A stretch of DNA of 64,000 nucleotides from a bacterium (GTDB lineage Bacteria; Verrucomicrobiota; Kiritimatiellia; CAIVKH01). The translations under genes were made by a program, and so were the position numbers. Of the stretch, positions 30,111-40,645 are shown piece by piece. The number at the start of each line of letters is the position of its first letter. Positions within the stretch are counted from its first letter, which is position 1. The stretch spans positions 267 to 64,266 of the forward strand of contig JAZDKY010000075.1 in assembly GCA_043802525.1 (NCBI GenBank), in the 5' to 3' direction. The notes under the pieces were generated by a model. The model made no database searches. It was given only the letters and a program-made list of their open reading frames with translations, and was not told the DNA's origin.

Positions 30111-31943
30111 TCAAGGATGCTTCGCTGCGAGTTGGGCCCAGAATTCCCCTGCCGTCTGTTTCCACCCATCCGGCTCCGTGGCGATGTACTGCAACGACGG
30201 ATGGTTGTGCAGGAAGTCGATGGATGAAAACTGTTCCGGCAACAGGAGTCGCACCAGGGAATGGATCTCGGCCAGGGGACCGAGATCCGTGATGTTGCGG
30301 CATTGCCACAGCGAAAGTTCCTGGAGCGGAAGTTGGCTGAGCGAGCGGAGGTCGGCAACGGGGGTGTCGTTGAGCACGAGCTTCTCGATGGGTAGGCCTT
30401 CGAGCGGGGCCAGGTTTGTGACGCTGGTGCTCTGCATGCGCAATTCGCGGACGGGGATTTGATGAATCGGCGCGATGTCGACGAGCGCTTTGTTGCCGCT
30501 CATGTCGATGGACACGAATCCGTCCTTGATTCGATAGAAAACCTGAAAGTGGTCAAGATCGGGGTTGGCCTTTTCCAGCGCGTCAATGACTTCGTTCACG
30601 GCCTGATCATCGGCCGGCGCGGGGGGGGACCCGCCGGGAACCGCAAGGGTGAATTTCTCGTAGTATACCTGTAATGCCTCCTCGGGCTGTTGCGTCGCGT
30701 TCGTTTGAACTACGGGTTCCGGCGTCACGGATGGCGGCGCGAGCGATGCCGAGATGTCGTTGCGTTTGCCGCGGAGTGAAACGGCCACGACGATCACGCA
30801 ACCTGCGAGAACCGCGACGCCTGCGGCGACGATGTAGGGCTTGAGCGACCAGCGCTTTTCGCCGGCTCGCTGAGCGGTTGACGGCTCGACACCGGCCTTT
30901 GGCGCAACCTGTATCAGCGGCGCGTGCGACGAGTGGTGCGGCGAGCTGTGCGACGGCGGTCCGAACCCCCGCATGTTGGTCTGCTTCTTCACGGTACCCG
31001 ACTCAAGCAGGGATTCAATTTCGGCGATCGCTTCCGTCCAGCTCGGGAAACGCTCTTCGCGGTCCGGCGCCATCATCTTGAGAATGAGGCGCTCGCAGGC
31101 GGGCGACACATCGGGATTCAACTGACGCACGTTCGGCGCCGGTTCGATCGTCTTTCGCGTCAGCACTTCGGTCACCGTCGTGCCATTGTGGGGCAGGGCT
31201 CCGGTCAGCAGGTGGAACAGCGTGGCGCCCAACGCGTATTCATCCGATCGAAAATCCAGGTCATGTTGCCCGCGTGCCTGCTCTGGACTCATGTAGTTCG
31301 GCGTGCCGAAGGCCACGCCTTCCATGGACAGGCTCGTGTCCTCCACGACGCACTTCGAGAGGCCCATGTCCATCACTTTCACCTCGCCGTTGCGGTCGAT
31401 CATGATGTTCCCGGGTTTCACGTCGTTGTGGAGAATCTGGTGGTGTTCCCATGCGTAGGCCAGGGCCAGCGCCGCCTTTGCCGCGACGGCGAGCGCTTCC
31501 TGCTCGGGGATGCGTTTCTCTTCCTCCAGACGCTGGCCGAGATCCTTCCCTTCCACATAGGTCATGGCCAGGTAGTAGACGCCGTCGTACTCACCAGCCT
31601 CAAACGCGGTGACCAGGTTGGGGTGTTCCACGCGGGCGAGCAGACGGATCTCGCGTTGGAATCTTGAGATCAGATTCTTATCCGCTGTGATTTCGGAAGG
31701 CATGATCTTGAGCGCGACCTTCCGGTCCATGGACAGCTGCGTTGCGACAAACACTTCGCCCATGGCGCCGCGGCCGATGGATTTCTCCACCCGAAATCCG
31801 CCGATGACCGCTCCAGTACCGATCCCGTACAACGGTGTCTCCACGGAGCTGCCACATCTGGCGCACAGGATATGCGTCGGCAGCATGCGGGCGTGCACCT
31901 TGATAGGGTTCCCGCACGAGGGACACTGGAACATGATAAGCAT
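30111..31943 (-). CDS. Ser/Thr protein kinase with an N-terminal zinc ribbon, one TM helix and a C-terminal LRR-like domain
   Basis: CPSCGN...CARCG. Kinase subdomains (VALKIM, HNDVKPGNIMI, DMGLS, YMSPE). TM helix YIVAAGVAVLAGCVIVVAV. Confidence 0.85.
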   Translation of the reverse strand: MLIMFQCPSCGNPIKVHARMLPTHILCARCGSSVETPLYGIGTGAVIGGFRVEKSIGRGAMGEVFVATQLSMDRKVALKIMPSEITADKNLISRFQREIRLLARVEHPNLVTAFEAGEYDGVYYLAMTYVEGKDLGQRLEEEKRIPEQEALAVAAKAALALAYAWEHHQILHNDVKPGNIMIDRNGEVKVMDMGLSKCVVEDTSLSMEGVAFGTPNYMSPEQARGQHDLDFRSDEYALGATLFHLLTGALPHNGTTVTEVLTRKTIEPAPNVRQLNPDVSPACERLILKMMAPDREERFPSWTEAIAEIESLLESGTVKKQTNMRGFGPPSHSSPHHSSHAPLIQVAPKAGVEPSTAQRAGEKRWSLKPYIVAAGVAVLAGCVIVVAVSLRGKRNDISASLAPPSVTPEPVVQTNATQQPEEALQVYYEKFTLAVPGGSPPAPADDQAVNEVIDALEKANPDLDHFQVFYRIKDGFVSIDMSGNKALVDIAPIHQIPVRELRMQSTSVTNLAPLEGLPIEKLVLNDTPVADLRSLSQLPLQELSLWQCRNITDLGPLAEIHSLVRLLLPEQFSSIDFLHNHPSLQYIATEPDGWKQTAGEFWAQLAAKHP

Positions 31944-32230
31944 GGCTGCGGCAGCCTCTTCTGACGAAGAAGCATACCTCGGGCGTGGGGAGGGTTAAGG
32001 GAAATCTTGCCATGCGGGCGCTGCAAGGCTTGCGCCGAAGACCGGGTCATGGTCACGGACTTGTGCAATGGCGGTCTGGAAAGGCGTTTGGGAAGGTGGC
32101 AGAACGGCCCCGTCAGAGGGGATCCTGTTCGTACAGCAGGCTTTCCTTCCCGGCTGTGGAGGAGATGATCATTCCACCTGGAAGGTCGAATCGTGCCCGT
32201 GCTTTTCTGGCGGGCAAAACGCGCACGGCA

Positions 32231-34168
32231 TTATTGCGCGGCCGCAGGACCGGTCGATTCTTCAAGCCAGAGCGAGCCCGCGGGGTGTACGGAGGAGGCA
32301 TCAGACCACGCGGGGGCGAATTCGCTCTGCATGTCGCCAATCGCGACGGCCTGGGCCGTGCCCACTTTCTTCTTCCTGGGCGAAGCCGTCGGTTTGCTGT
32401 CCGTGCCGGCGCGTTCGATGAGGGCAAAGGTCATGCCGGTGTCGATACCGTGAAAGTTTCCGAGCCCTGCATCAAGCAGGCCGTCGCGTTCCTGGAGCAC
32501 ACGCGCGGTCAGCGGTTTCATTTCCTGCGCCTTGCGCACGATGTCGTCCGCAAGGCGCTCGCACACATCCGGCAACTGGTCGCGATTTTCGGCGTGGGCG
32601 GTGAACGAGGCCAGTATGCGTGTCGTTTCCGTGTCCACGAGGCGCACGTACACATCGAGGCCCTGGCCGCGCGGGATGATGTCTCCGAGCAGCATGAGGC
32701 TTGCGGGAAGCAACTTGCCGATCGCCAGCCCGGCGTCCTTGTCCGCGAGCGGTGACGTCCCGATATTCAATTCGGCCAGCAGATCCTCCAACGCCTCGCG
32801 CTCCACGACGCGGAACGACGCATGGGTCTCGATCCGCGCGCGCAGGCAGATTCTCGCCAGGTGGGCCAGCGATTCCGTTTCAGCGGAGGCGTCGGTGCTG
32901 GAAGGCCCGAAGCAGGCGAGCACGCGCGGCCGCGCGTACAGGTCTTGCCCGCTGCTTTCGCCCTGCGCTTTGGAGGCGGCGTTCTTCTCGATGCGATCGA
33001 CGAGTTCCCGGATTTCGCTGCGCTCCTTCTCACGGTTGTCGTCGCGCACAAAGGCGGCGATCGCCTTTACAAGCCCGTCCTCAGCATGGCTGCTGAGCAG
33101 CGAGGAGGCAATCTGGCCGGCGCTTTGCTCCGCGCCCTGCTGTTTCATCAGGACCGCATCCTGCATCAGCTGGACCTTGCTGGCCGGGGGCTCGCCGCCC
33201 GACGATTTTTCGTCCGGCGCGTTGACGCCGCGATGGGGAGACACGGAGGCCAGGCGCTTTTCCTCTTCGGGCCATTCGACGCTGGCATTCCTCGCGACAA
33301 AGACGAACTCGCCGCCGGCGTGCGTGCTGACGGCCATGGGGCCCATCCGAACGAGTTGCCCGGTCAGCGTGCTTACTTTTTCGCGGAGCGCGAAGCCGAT
33401 GTCCGACGCCGAAAAGACGAGGCGGTCGGTATGTTCGAGGAAGTTCAGCAGCTCCTGTGCGAAAACGCTGTGGCGCTCCCCGGAATCCATGACCGGTTCA
33501 AGGTCGCCGCTGGTGATCAGATAACGCGACGGCGCACGGATGGCCCGCGCATACCACTGGAAGTCCTCTTCGAGAACGGGCGTTGCCCCGCCGCGGAAGA
33601 GCGATCCGCCATAGCACGAATCCGCGACAACCAGCACGTGGCGCGCCCGGGAAGCGGCGATGATCTTGGTGAGCATCGAATTCCATATCCAGTCGGCCTT
33701 GGCAGAGCGTTTCCCGTCGGTCTTTTTCCCGTCGGCGGGAATCCAATAGCCTTCGCCGAGGGATTCGTCGTACTGGCCGTGACCCGCGAAATAGATGAGG
33801 ACCGCGTCATCCGGCGTGAGGTTGACCAGGTCGTCCATGGCCTGGATAATGTGTGCCCGTGTAGCCTCCCGGTCGAGGAGGCGCGTAACGTTGAAGCCGT
33901 ACTTCTTCGCAAGAACGTCGGCCACGGCCTCGGCATCCCCGCGAGCCGTCACGAGGGAGTCCCATCCTTCAGCGCCGAACTTCTCGTAATCGCTGATACC
34001 GATGACCAGTGCGTGGTAACGGGGCATGACTTGCGGACCCGACTGTTGTGTGACGGGTTCGGGAGGGGGCGTTCCGCGTACGGCGGGGCGCTTTTCCCTG
34101 GTGCAGCCGGAGACAAGGATCCCCAGGCCGACGACGATCAGCAGACCATGTTTTGTTTTAGCGCGCAT
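32231..34168 (-). CDS. Periplasmic caspase-family (C14) peptidase lipoprotein with a C-terminal CsgG/LpoB-like domain
   Basis: Lipobox LVSGC. Caspase His-Cys dyad motifs YFAGHG and VVADSCYGG. The C-terminus VVEREALEDLLAELNIG...AIGKLLPASLMLLGDI resembles the CsgG/LpoB fold. Confidence 0.7.
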   Translation of the reverse strand: MRAKTKHGLLIVVGLGILVSGCTREKRPAVRGTPPPEPVTQQSGPQVMPRYHALVIGISDYEKFGAEGWDSLVTARGDAEAVADVLAKKYGFNVTRLLDREATRAHIIQAMDDLVNLTPDDAVLIYFAGHGQYDESLGEGYWIPADGKKTDGKRSAKADWIWNSMLTKIIAASRARHVLVVADSCYGGSLFRGGATPVLEEDFQWYARAIRAPSRYLITSGDLEPVMDSGERHSVFAQELLNFLEHTDRLVFSASDIGFALREKVSTLTGQLVRMGPMAVSTHAGGEFVFVARNASVEWPEEEKRLASVSPHRGVNAPDEKSSGGEPPASKVQLMQDAVLMKQQGAEQSAGQIASSLLSSHAEDGLVKAIAAFVRDDNREKERSEIRELVDRIEKNAASKAQGESSGQDLYARPRVLACFGPSSTDASAETESLAHLARICLRARIETHASFRVVEREALEDLLAELNIGTSPLADKDAGLAIGKLLPASLMLLGDIIPRGQGLDVYVRLVDTETTRILASFTAHAENRDQLPDVCERLADDIVRKAQEMKPLTARVLQERDGLLDAGLGNFHGIDTGMTFALIERAGTDSKPTASPRKKKVGTAQAVAIGDMQSEFAPAWSDASSVHPAGSLWLEESTGPAAAQ

Positions 34169-36266
34169 AAATAAAGTCCCCCACATGCACAAGGTCTCTG
34201 CCCTCAACCGGCCGGATGTCCGCTGTCCCTGCCGAATCATCAACATCCTTCACACGAAGTTGCACAAGCGATTTGTCCAGGGTGCAAAGGTCTCCGTCCT
34301 CCATGGGCGCCGTGTCGGACGCCGGGCGGATGACGAGGAACCGCGCGCCGTTCAGCACGCCATGCTGTGAGCCCACGTTGATGACCGCGCGGCTCCTGCG
34401 GATACCGGTCACTTTTCCCTCTACGAGCGGGAAACGCTGCTCGAGCTTGACGATCAGGCCGGCCACCTTGGTTTCCAATTCCCGATCCAGCGCCTCGCTG
34501 TACACGTCGTCCAGCGCCAGGGTCTCGCCGGTTTCGGCGTCGGCAATCACCGCGTAGATGGTCGTGCCCGCCCCGAGGGGAATCACAGAGCCCACGAGGA
34601 AAAGTTCAGCGGGCAACACCTTGCCGAGTTGCAGCAGCGCGCGCGGGTCCGCAAGATCGGATACGGCAAGCCGCTGTTCACGCAGAATCAGATCCCAGCC
34701 CTCGGCCCGTTCAACCAGGAAGAACCGGGCCGGATCGCGTGTCAGTTCAAGCTCGGCCCGCCGCCTGATCGATGGCCCGAGGTCGCCGGTACCCTCGCGA
34801 TTGCAGAGGAAGGGCGGCATGACGAGCGACATGCGGTAGTGGCGATCGAGATACGCGGGCACCTTGCGGATGGCGATGACCGTGCGGCGCGCGACATGGC
34901 CCTGGCTGTCGCGGGCACTCACGACGATGGTGTTCGTCCCGACGTTGAGCGGGATGCGTCGCGCAAGACTGTACGTCACGGCGCCGCGATCGCCTTGGTC
35001 CAGCGTTTCCTCATCCCGGATGCGGACGCTGTCCAGGCCGTTTGCGTCGGCGACCGATCCCTCCAGGATCAATTCCTCGTTGAAGACGCATACGGTGTCG
35101 GGCACGCCGAGCCGGATCTCGGGTGCTTGGTCGTCCGGCGGCTTGGACCCGCCGGACGACGCGGGCACATCGGCGATACCGCCCGCGTCAGCGGCGGCAT
35201 AGCGGAGCATCGCGGCCGCGCTGACGACAGGGGCGAACAGGGATGCGGAAAGTTCCGTGGTGAAGGTGTTGCCCGCCGTGTCCACGGCGTCGAACATCAG
35301 GCTCTCGCCGTCGCGAAACCGGAGGCTCAGGGGCAGTGTGGATCCCGGGTTCTTTTCATCCAGCAGCGTGGCCGTCGTGGCCGCATTTCGCACCGTCACG
35401 CGGGCAAGCCGGCGATCGTCGTTGCACCGGCCTTCCAACAGCCACTCGGAGCCCCGCTTTGACGCTCGCAGGATCAGCAGGGCGGGCGGGCGCCAGTCCG
35501 CCATCCACGTTTGCGAGGTCATGGTGTGGTGTCCGCCGAGGTCGGATACCGCGATGCGAATCTCGTTCGAGCCCTCCTGGAGCGTGACGGTCCGGGAGAA
35601 CGGCATGTTTGTCGACGCGAGTTCGATGAACTGGGGCCGTCCGTTGATGACGATGTCGCTGACGTAGCCTTCGCCGGCCGCGGTTCCGGAAATCGTCCTG
35701 CTCCGGTCGCGTGTCCACACAACCCGCGAGGCGGCGTCGAGTTTCACGGAAGGCGTCGTCGTGCGTCCGCCCTCGATATGGCGTTTGCGCGCGAGGTTCA
35801 GGTAGTGCTTGGCCCGGCCCGAAGGCGTCTGGGCGAGCGACGCGCTCAGCCAGCGGATGGCCTGCGTGTCATTGCCCAGCACGTAGTAGCAGACACCCAG
35901 TTCCCGGTGGGGAAAATACTGTTCCTGGAAATGAAGGCCGTAGGTTCGCGCCCGCCACAGATCTTTTGGAAAGGAATACGTCGCGCCGGATCGGAGACCG
36001 AGGCACCGTTCGAAGTCCTTGCGCGCGCGTTCGGCGTTGCCCGCGGCAACCTCGTCGAGGCCCCGTTGGTAGAAGTTCCACCAATTATGATGACGCAGTG
36101 TCGTCACGTCCGCTTTCTCCCCTGACGTCCCCGTGTTGCACGCCGCCATTCCCGCCGCGGCAACGATGGCCAGAAGGATGGTCCGAACCCATTTCCCGGA
36201 CCCGGCTCCAGGGACCTTCCTGCCATTCCGTTGTTCACGTCTACTCGATGTAATCTTGTGTCCCAT
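34158..36266 (-). CDS. Large lipoprotein with N-terminal TPR, Ig-like middle and C-terminal CsgG/LpoB-like domains
   Basis: Lipobox AAGMAAC. C-terminus FFLVERAEGWDLILREQRLAVSDLADPRALLQLGKVLPAELFLVGSVI is paralogous to the C-terminus of the caspase protein. Confidence 0.55.
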   Translation of the reverse strand: MGHKITSSRREQRNGRKVPGAGSGKWVRTILLAIVAAAGMAACNTGTSGEKADVTTLRHHNWWNFYQRGLDEVAAGNAERARKDFERCLGLRSGATYSFPKDLWRARTYGLHFQEQYFPHRELGVCYYVLGNDTQAIRWLSASLAQTPSGRAKHYLNLARKRHIEGGRTTTPSVKLDAASRVVWTRDRSRTISGTAAGEGYVSDIVINGRPQFIELASTNMPFSRTVTLQEGSNEIRIAVSDLGGHHTMTSQTWMADWRPPALLILRASKRGSEWLLEGRCNDDRRLARVTVRNAATTATLLDEKNPGSTLPLSLRFRDGESLMFDAVDTAGNTFTTELSASLFAPVVSAAAMLRYAAADAGGIADVPASSGGSKPPDDQAPEIRLGVPDTVCVFNEELILEGSVADANGLDSVRIRDEETLDQGDRGAVTYSLARRIPLNVGTNTIVVSARDSQGHVARRTVIAIRKVPAYLDRHYRMSLVMPPFLCNREGTGDLGPSIRRRAELELTRDPARFFLVERAEGWDLILREQRLAVSDLADPRALLQLGKVLPAELFLVGSVIPLGAGTTIYAVIADAETGETLALDDVYSEALDRELETKVAGLIVKLEQRFPLVEGKVTGIRRSRAVINVGSQHGVLNGARFLVIRPASDTAPMEDGDLCTLDKSLVQLRVKDVDDSAGTADIRPVEGRDLVHVGDFIYAR

Positions 36267-37035
36267 GGCCCAATTGTGCGAGATCCTCAACGATTTGCCG
36301 GCCGTAGTCGTAAACCCTTGCGCGGAAGGATTGCGCGTCAGCGTAGTTCTTCAGCCATTCCTTGATCGGCTTTTCGCCTTTCGACTTGTACGCCTGCACC
36401 TGGACGGCCAGCCTGCCCGATTCAAGCTCCTGGATGCGGGTGCTGAGCACCCAGCCCGGCCAGACCGTCCTATCGCGGTTGGCCAGGTACCGGAACTCGT
36501 CCTCGACCGATGCGCGCAACGAACTGGTCAGTTCCGTCATGTCCGCGCGCGTGTACCTCGGCAACGCTTCCTCGCCGCCTGCGCCGCGGTATTTGGCCTG
36601 CTGGATGATCTCGACTTCCCACACAAACGCGGGTGTTTGCATCTGGCGTACGCCCACCACGGCGACGATGCCGCATGCGGCGGCGGCAAAGGCGAGGCGT
36701 ACCGGTTTGTTGAACTGGAAGTGGGGGCGTCGGCTTGCGGGTTTAAGCACCACGGAGTTCCGGCGGATGGATGGGTTGCCCCTATCGCCTTCATTGGCCT
36801 GCCCCGCATCCCACGCTGCCAGAACGCGTTCCTGCAGCTCTTCTTCGCTGACAGAAGCGAACGGCGCCAGTCTTCGCAGCTCCCGGTCGCAATCCTGTAC
36901 TTCGCCGACAAGGGCCCGAATCGCTCCGTCGTGGCTCATGCGTCCCTCAAAGTCCTGCCGTGCATCTTCGCCCAACTCGCCGTGGACAAAGGTCCAGGCC
37001 TTCTCGCTATTCGGTTTTTCGTTGTTTGTATTCAT
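36241..37035 (-). CDS. Putative anti-sigma factor (single-pass membrane protein)
   Basis: Immediately downstream of the ECF sigma gene. Central TM VRLAFAAAACGIVAVVGV. Assignment is by context. Confidence 0.45.
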   Translation of the reverse strand: MNTNNEKPNSEKAWTFVHGELGEDARQDFEGRMSHDGAIRALVGEVQDCDRELRRLAPFASVSEEELQERVLAAWDAGQANEGDRGNPSIRRNSVVLKPASRRPHFQFNKPVRLAFAAAACGIVAVVGVRQMQTPAFVWEVEIIQQAKYRGAGGEEALPRYTRADMTELTSSLRASVEDEFRYLANRDRTVWPGWVLSTRIQELESGRLAVQVQAYKSKGEKPIKEWLKNYADAQSFRARVYDYGRQIVEDLAQLGHGTQDYIE

Positions 37036-37047
37036 AATCTCTGTTTC

Positions 37048-37674
37048 CTACTGGCTAGAGTCGAAGCCCGAGTCAGTTTCTTCCCTAAAAAATACATGAC
37101 TTTTCATCAAGGACCTGAGTTTCTCGAGGCACTTGCTCAGGCGGGTGCCGACCGTATTGATGGAAATGCCTGCGGATGAGGCTATTTCCTTATAAAGCGT
37201 GCCTTCGAAGTAGAACGATCGGATGGCCGAACTGCACGGTTCGCCGATCTCCTCGAGCATCTGACGGACGGCTGCCGCACGCTCAAACAGCACAATCTGC
37301 ATGACCGGGTCATCTCCGGGTCCGGACGTGGTGGGCACATTCACGATGTCCCCGTCCGCGTTGACCGTCTGCATCGCCACGGTGAATCGGCCGGCGCGGA
37401 CCTGGCGGCGGATCTCATCGATGATCCGGTGAATGCAGATCTTCTTGACGAAGTATTCCACGGTTGCCGCTTCCTTGATCTGGCCGATCGATCGTACAAT
37501 CTCCTGTCGTATGCTTTGGGCAACATCTTCTCGGGTATGGGCGTCGAGGTGCCACTTTCCCCAGGCAACGACGGAGCGGATCAAGGGGTCGAACTGTTCG
37601 AAGAACTGATCCCACGGGGGCTCACGCCCTTCGCGCAGAGCGGCGATGAACTCGGCGATTTCGCGCTTCTCCAT
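37048..37674 (-). CDS. ECF-family RNA polymerase sigma factor
   Basis: Region 2 (DVAQSIRQEIVRSI..YFVKKICIHRIIDEIRR) and region 4 (LYKEIASSAGISINTVGTRLSKCLEKLR). Start MEKREIAEF. Confidence 0.8.
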   Translation of the reverse strand: MEKREIAEFIAALREGREPPWDQFFEQFDPLIRSVVAWGKWHLDAHTREDVAQSIRQEIVRSIGQIKEAATVEYFVKKICIHRIIDEIRRQVRAGRFTVAMQTVNADGDIVNVPTTSGPGDDPVMQIVLFERAAAVRQMLEEIGEPCSSAIRSFYFEGTLYKEIASSAGISINTVGTRLSKCLEKLRSLMKSHVFFREETDSGFDSSQ

Positions 37675-37688
37675 GTGGCTTTCGGTCT

Positions 37689-37717
37689 GCAATCCGCGTG
37701 CGGGGCACGCGGATTGC
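37689..37717. promoter_or_regulatory. Perfect 13-bp inverted repeat GCAATCCGCGTGC-GGG-GCACGCGGATTGC in the leader/promoter of the ECF sigma operon
   Basis: Lies 15-45 nt upstream of the sigma start codon. A GGAAC box follows at 37720-37724 (minus strand). Confidence 0.45.
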
Positions 37718-37872
37718 GCGTTCCTGTTGCCCGGTCGCGCGGTCATCCCGCCAGGGAACAACGATTGTTCGACAACAAGATGAACGCGCCAAACGACGTA
37801 AATATATACTACTACCTACTTCATAACCCGCGATGCACGGGGTATAAAGAACGTTTTAAGAGGAGGTGTTCC

Positions 37873-39681
37873 ATGAGGTTGAGCCTATCCGTGCAGTCCT
37901 ATTGTCAGATCGTCGTCTGGTACAGCCGGTGGTTCCGACGATGCTCGAGCGCCATGAGCCTGATGTTGCTCGCGCTGTTTTTCGCCTTTTCCGTCGCGGG
38001 ATCGCGCGCGGAAGAGTTTGTCATTCTCACGCCGACCGGGCCCATACTCGTGGACATCCCGCACGTGGGTCCCAGCGGAAGCCTCGTGGAAGCCGCGTCG
38101 CCCGAGAGCCCGGCCTTCCGGCCCCCGAGTATTTTTTCCGCGCCGCTGCCCAGCGGCTCGGGCGCCAGGGCTTTGGGCCTGGCCGGAGCGTTCACGGCGG
38201 TCGCGGATGATGCCACCGCGGCTTCGTGGAATCCTGCCGGGTTGATCCAGCTCGAAACGCCCGAGGCGTCGTTCATGCTGCGCGCCTCGCGGGAGACCCA
38301 GAAGCACCACTCAGGCAGCGAAAGCCTGACGGTGGGCGACGACGAGTTCGAGAACTATACGTTGAACTATCTTAGCGGGGTTTACCCGTTTCACGTCGGC
38401 GAACGGAACTTTGTGTTTTCCCTGAACTATCAGGAAGCGTACGACTTTAACCAGAAGTTCACGGCCGACTTCACGGATACCGCGTCCCGTTCGGCGGGCA
38501 GCACGACGTCCGACACCTATCACGAAACGCTCACCGACCACTACGAGGATGAATACTCGGAGGTCGATCTGACCAGCGAGGTCACGACAAAGCTGGTCAG
38601 TTCCGTCGACCAGATCATCGGTTCCGATCTGTTGACGGCCCTGGATTTCGATCAGCAGGGGATCATCGAGGCGTTCACGCCCTCGATGGCGGTGGAGATT
38701 TCGCCGAAGCTTTTCCTGGGCGCGTCCTTCAACTACTACCAGGACAGCGCGCTCGATCCCATCCGGTCCTCCACGCGCGCGAAATATTCGGGTCGGACCG
38801 ACAGCTCCGCGGGGATCACCGACGTCAGGACCACGTCGGGGACGTACACGTACACCGGCGTGTTCAAGCCGCCGCTGGGCGGACCCGACGTTCCGTTCGG
38901 CCCTGACTACGGCATCTACCGTCCGTTCAGCGATACGACGGAAAGCGGCATGGCGGACGGTGTGGAAGTCGACGGCGAATATGAGGAGATCAACGAGTTC
39001 GACGATCTTGAAGGGTACAACGGTACGTTCGGTTTCCTCTGGACCGTGTCGCGTTACCTGAGCCTGGGCGGTTCCGTGGATCTGCCTTGGGTGGCCAAGG
39101 CCAGCCAGGAAAAGACTGTCCGCAATACCGTGACGACGTTCAATGATACGCGGACGGAAGTGCTCGACGTGACCTCGACGGAAGACGTGCAGGGAAAGGG
39201 CGTCGAATTCGAGTTCCCTCTGTACTGGGCGCTCGGAAGCGTCATCCGGCTGAACGACCGGCTGTACACGAGTTTCGATGTCAGCAAGACATACTGGTCC
39301 GACTTTTCGTTCCAGGCCGAGGGTGAGGAGAAAATCAATCCGCTGGACGGCACGCCGTACGGGGAGAATAAGGTGGACGATTGCTGGTCCGTGCGCGGCG
39401 GTATTGAATACCTGCTTGTCCTGACCAGGACGGAAATCCCGTTCCGCGGCGGCGTGGCGTGGGAACAGCGCCCGGCCGTCGGCGCTCCGGACGAATACTG
39501 GAGCTACAGCCTCGGGTCCGGCGTTTCGATCGGAAAAGGCGACCGGAAACTCATCATCGACATCGCCTACGTACTTACGTGTGCGGATGACGTTCTCGGA
39601 AGCCTCGTGCCGCAGCAGGGAGATCTCACGTCGGATGTCGTTGAGCACCAAGTATTTCTGTCGTGCATCCGACATTTCTAA
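37873..39681 (+). CDS. Outer-membrane transport protein, OMPP1/FadL/TodX family
   Basis: RBS AGGAGG. Signal peptide. N-terminal hallmark SGARALGLAGAFTAVADDATAASWNPAGL. Beta-strand-rich with aromatic C-terminus ...VFLSCIRHF. Confidence 0.7.
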   Translation: MRLSLSVQSYCQIVVWYSRWFRRCSSAMSLMLLALFFAFSVAGSRAEEFVILTPTGPILVDIPHVGPSGSLVEAASPESPAFRPPSIFSAPLPSGSGARALGLAGAFTAVADDATAASWNPAGLIQLETPEASFMLRASRETQKHHSGSESLTVGDDEFENYTLNYLSGVYPFHVGERNFVFSLNYQEAYDFNQKFTADFTDTASRSAGSTTSDTYHETLTDHYEDEYSEVDLTSEVTTKLVSSVDQIIGSDLLTALDFDQQGIIEAFTPSMAVEISPKLFLGASFNYYQDSALDPIRSSTRAKYSGRTDSSAGITDVRTTSGTYTYTGVFKPPLGGPDVPFGPDYGIYRPFSDTTESGMADGVEVDGEYEEINEFDDLEGYNGTFGFLWTVSRYLSLGGSVDLPWVAKASQEKTVRNTVTTFNDTRTEVLDVTSTEDVQGKGVEFEFPLYWALGSVIRLNDRLYTSFDVSKTYWSDFSFQAEGEEKINPLDGTPYGENKVDDCWSVRGGIEYLLVLTRTEIPFRGGVAWEQRPAVGAPDEYWSYSLGSGVSIGKGDRKLIIDIAYVLTCADDVLGSLVPQQGDLTSDVVEHQVFLSCIRHF

Positions 39682-39969
39682 CCCGATTCTCAACTACTTG
39701 CGGTTTATCCGGAAATCTTCGCGGCTTGAGAAGATTCCACGGAGCTCACGGAAGGCACGGAATAGGGATGCAGGGCCGACCTTCCGTGTAGTCTGTGTAC
39801 CTGACCGCCTTGGAGGGTTCCGTGGTTCCCCCCTCCGCTATTGCATCGCAAGATCCGGGCTGCGTTCTTTCAGCAAGAAACCTCAATTCTTTCGTGGTTG
39901 GTTTGGTTTATCGTGAAAATGCTGGCGCTTTTTCGGGAAGAATTGACCCTCCGCGTGCGACTACAGTAC

Positions 39970-40425
39970 ATGAAGGACATGAACGACAACCTTACAAAGC
40001 GGCGGGTGTTGGTGATCGATGATCAGGCGTCGATCCGTTTTCTACTTACCCGGCTGCTCTCCCGGAACTTTGAGGTGGCGTGCGCGCGCGACGTGGACGA
40101 CGGATTGAGCCGCCTCGCGGTCTTCAAGCCGGATGTCATCCTGATGGACGTCGATATGCCTGGGAAGAACGGAATCGAGGGCCTGCAGGAAATCCTGAAG
40201 CTCGATCTGGGCGTACGGGTCATTGTGATGACCGGTTCCTTTCTTTCCGCGGACCGCGACTCGTTTCTTGCCTTGGGCGCTGATGCGTTCATTCCAAAGC
40301 CGTTTGCAACGCGCGAGGTGTTCGACCTCGTGACCAGGCTTGCTGGAGCCAGAATCGCGCGTCGAAGCCCTTGCTCCGCAGAGGATCCGCGGCGCTTTCC
40401 GTGCGAACAGATTGACATTATTTGA
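39970..40425 (+). CDS. Single-domain CheY-like response regulator
   Basis: RVLVIDDQASIRFLL...PDVILMDVDMPGKNGIEGL...RVIVMTGS...ADAFIPKPF. Confidence 0.8.
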   Translation: MKDMNDNLTKRRVLVIDDQASIRFLLTRLLSRNFEVACARDVDDGLSRLAVFKPDVILMDVDMPGKNGIEGLQEILKLDLGVRVIVMTGSFLSADRDSFLALGADAFIPKPFATREVFDLVTRLAGARIARRSPCSAEDPRRFPCEQIDII

Positions 40426-40645
40426 CCGCCGGCCATCGCCGGAATTTCATGGGAGACGCGGAGGCTGCCGGCTGTCCGAATCGGGCAAATTAAGGTTTCA
40501 TCCCTGAACGATCCGGCCGCCTCCGGCGGAATCTGCGGTTGTTCTGAACTGCCGGATTCAGGCTGATGGGTGATGCGGTGTCGACGAGGCTCCTGCTTGC
40601 CAAAGGCCTGTCTTCTTTCGTGTCGTGGTTTGAATCAAATCTCCG

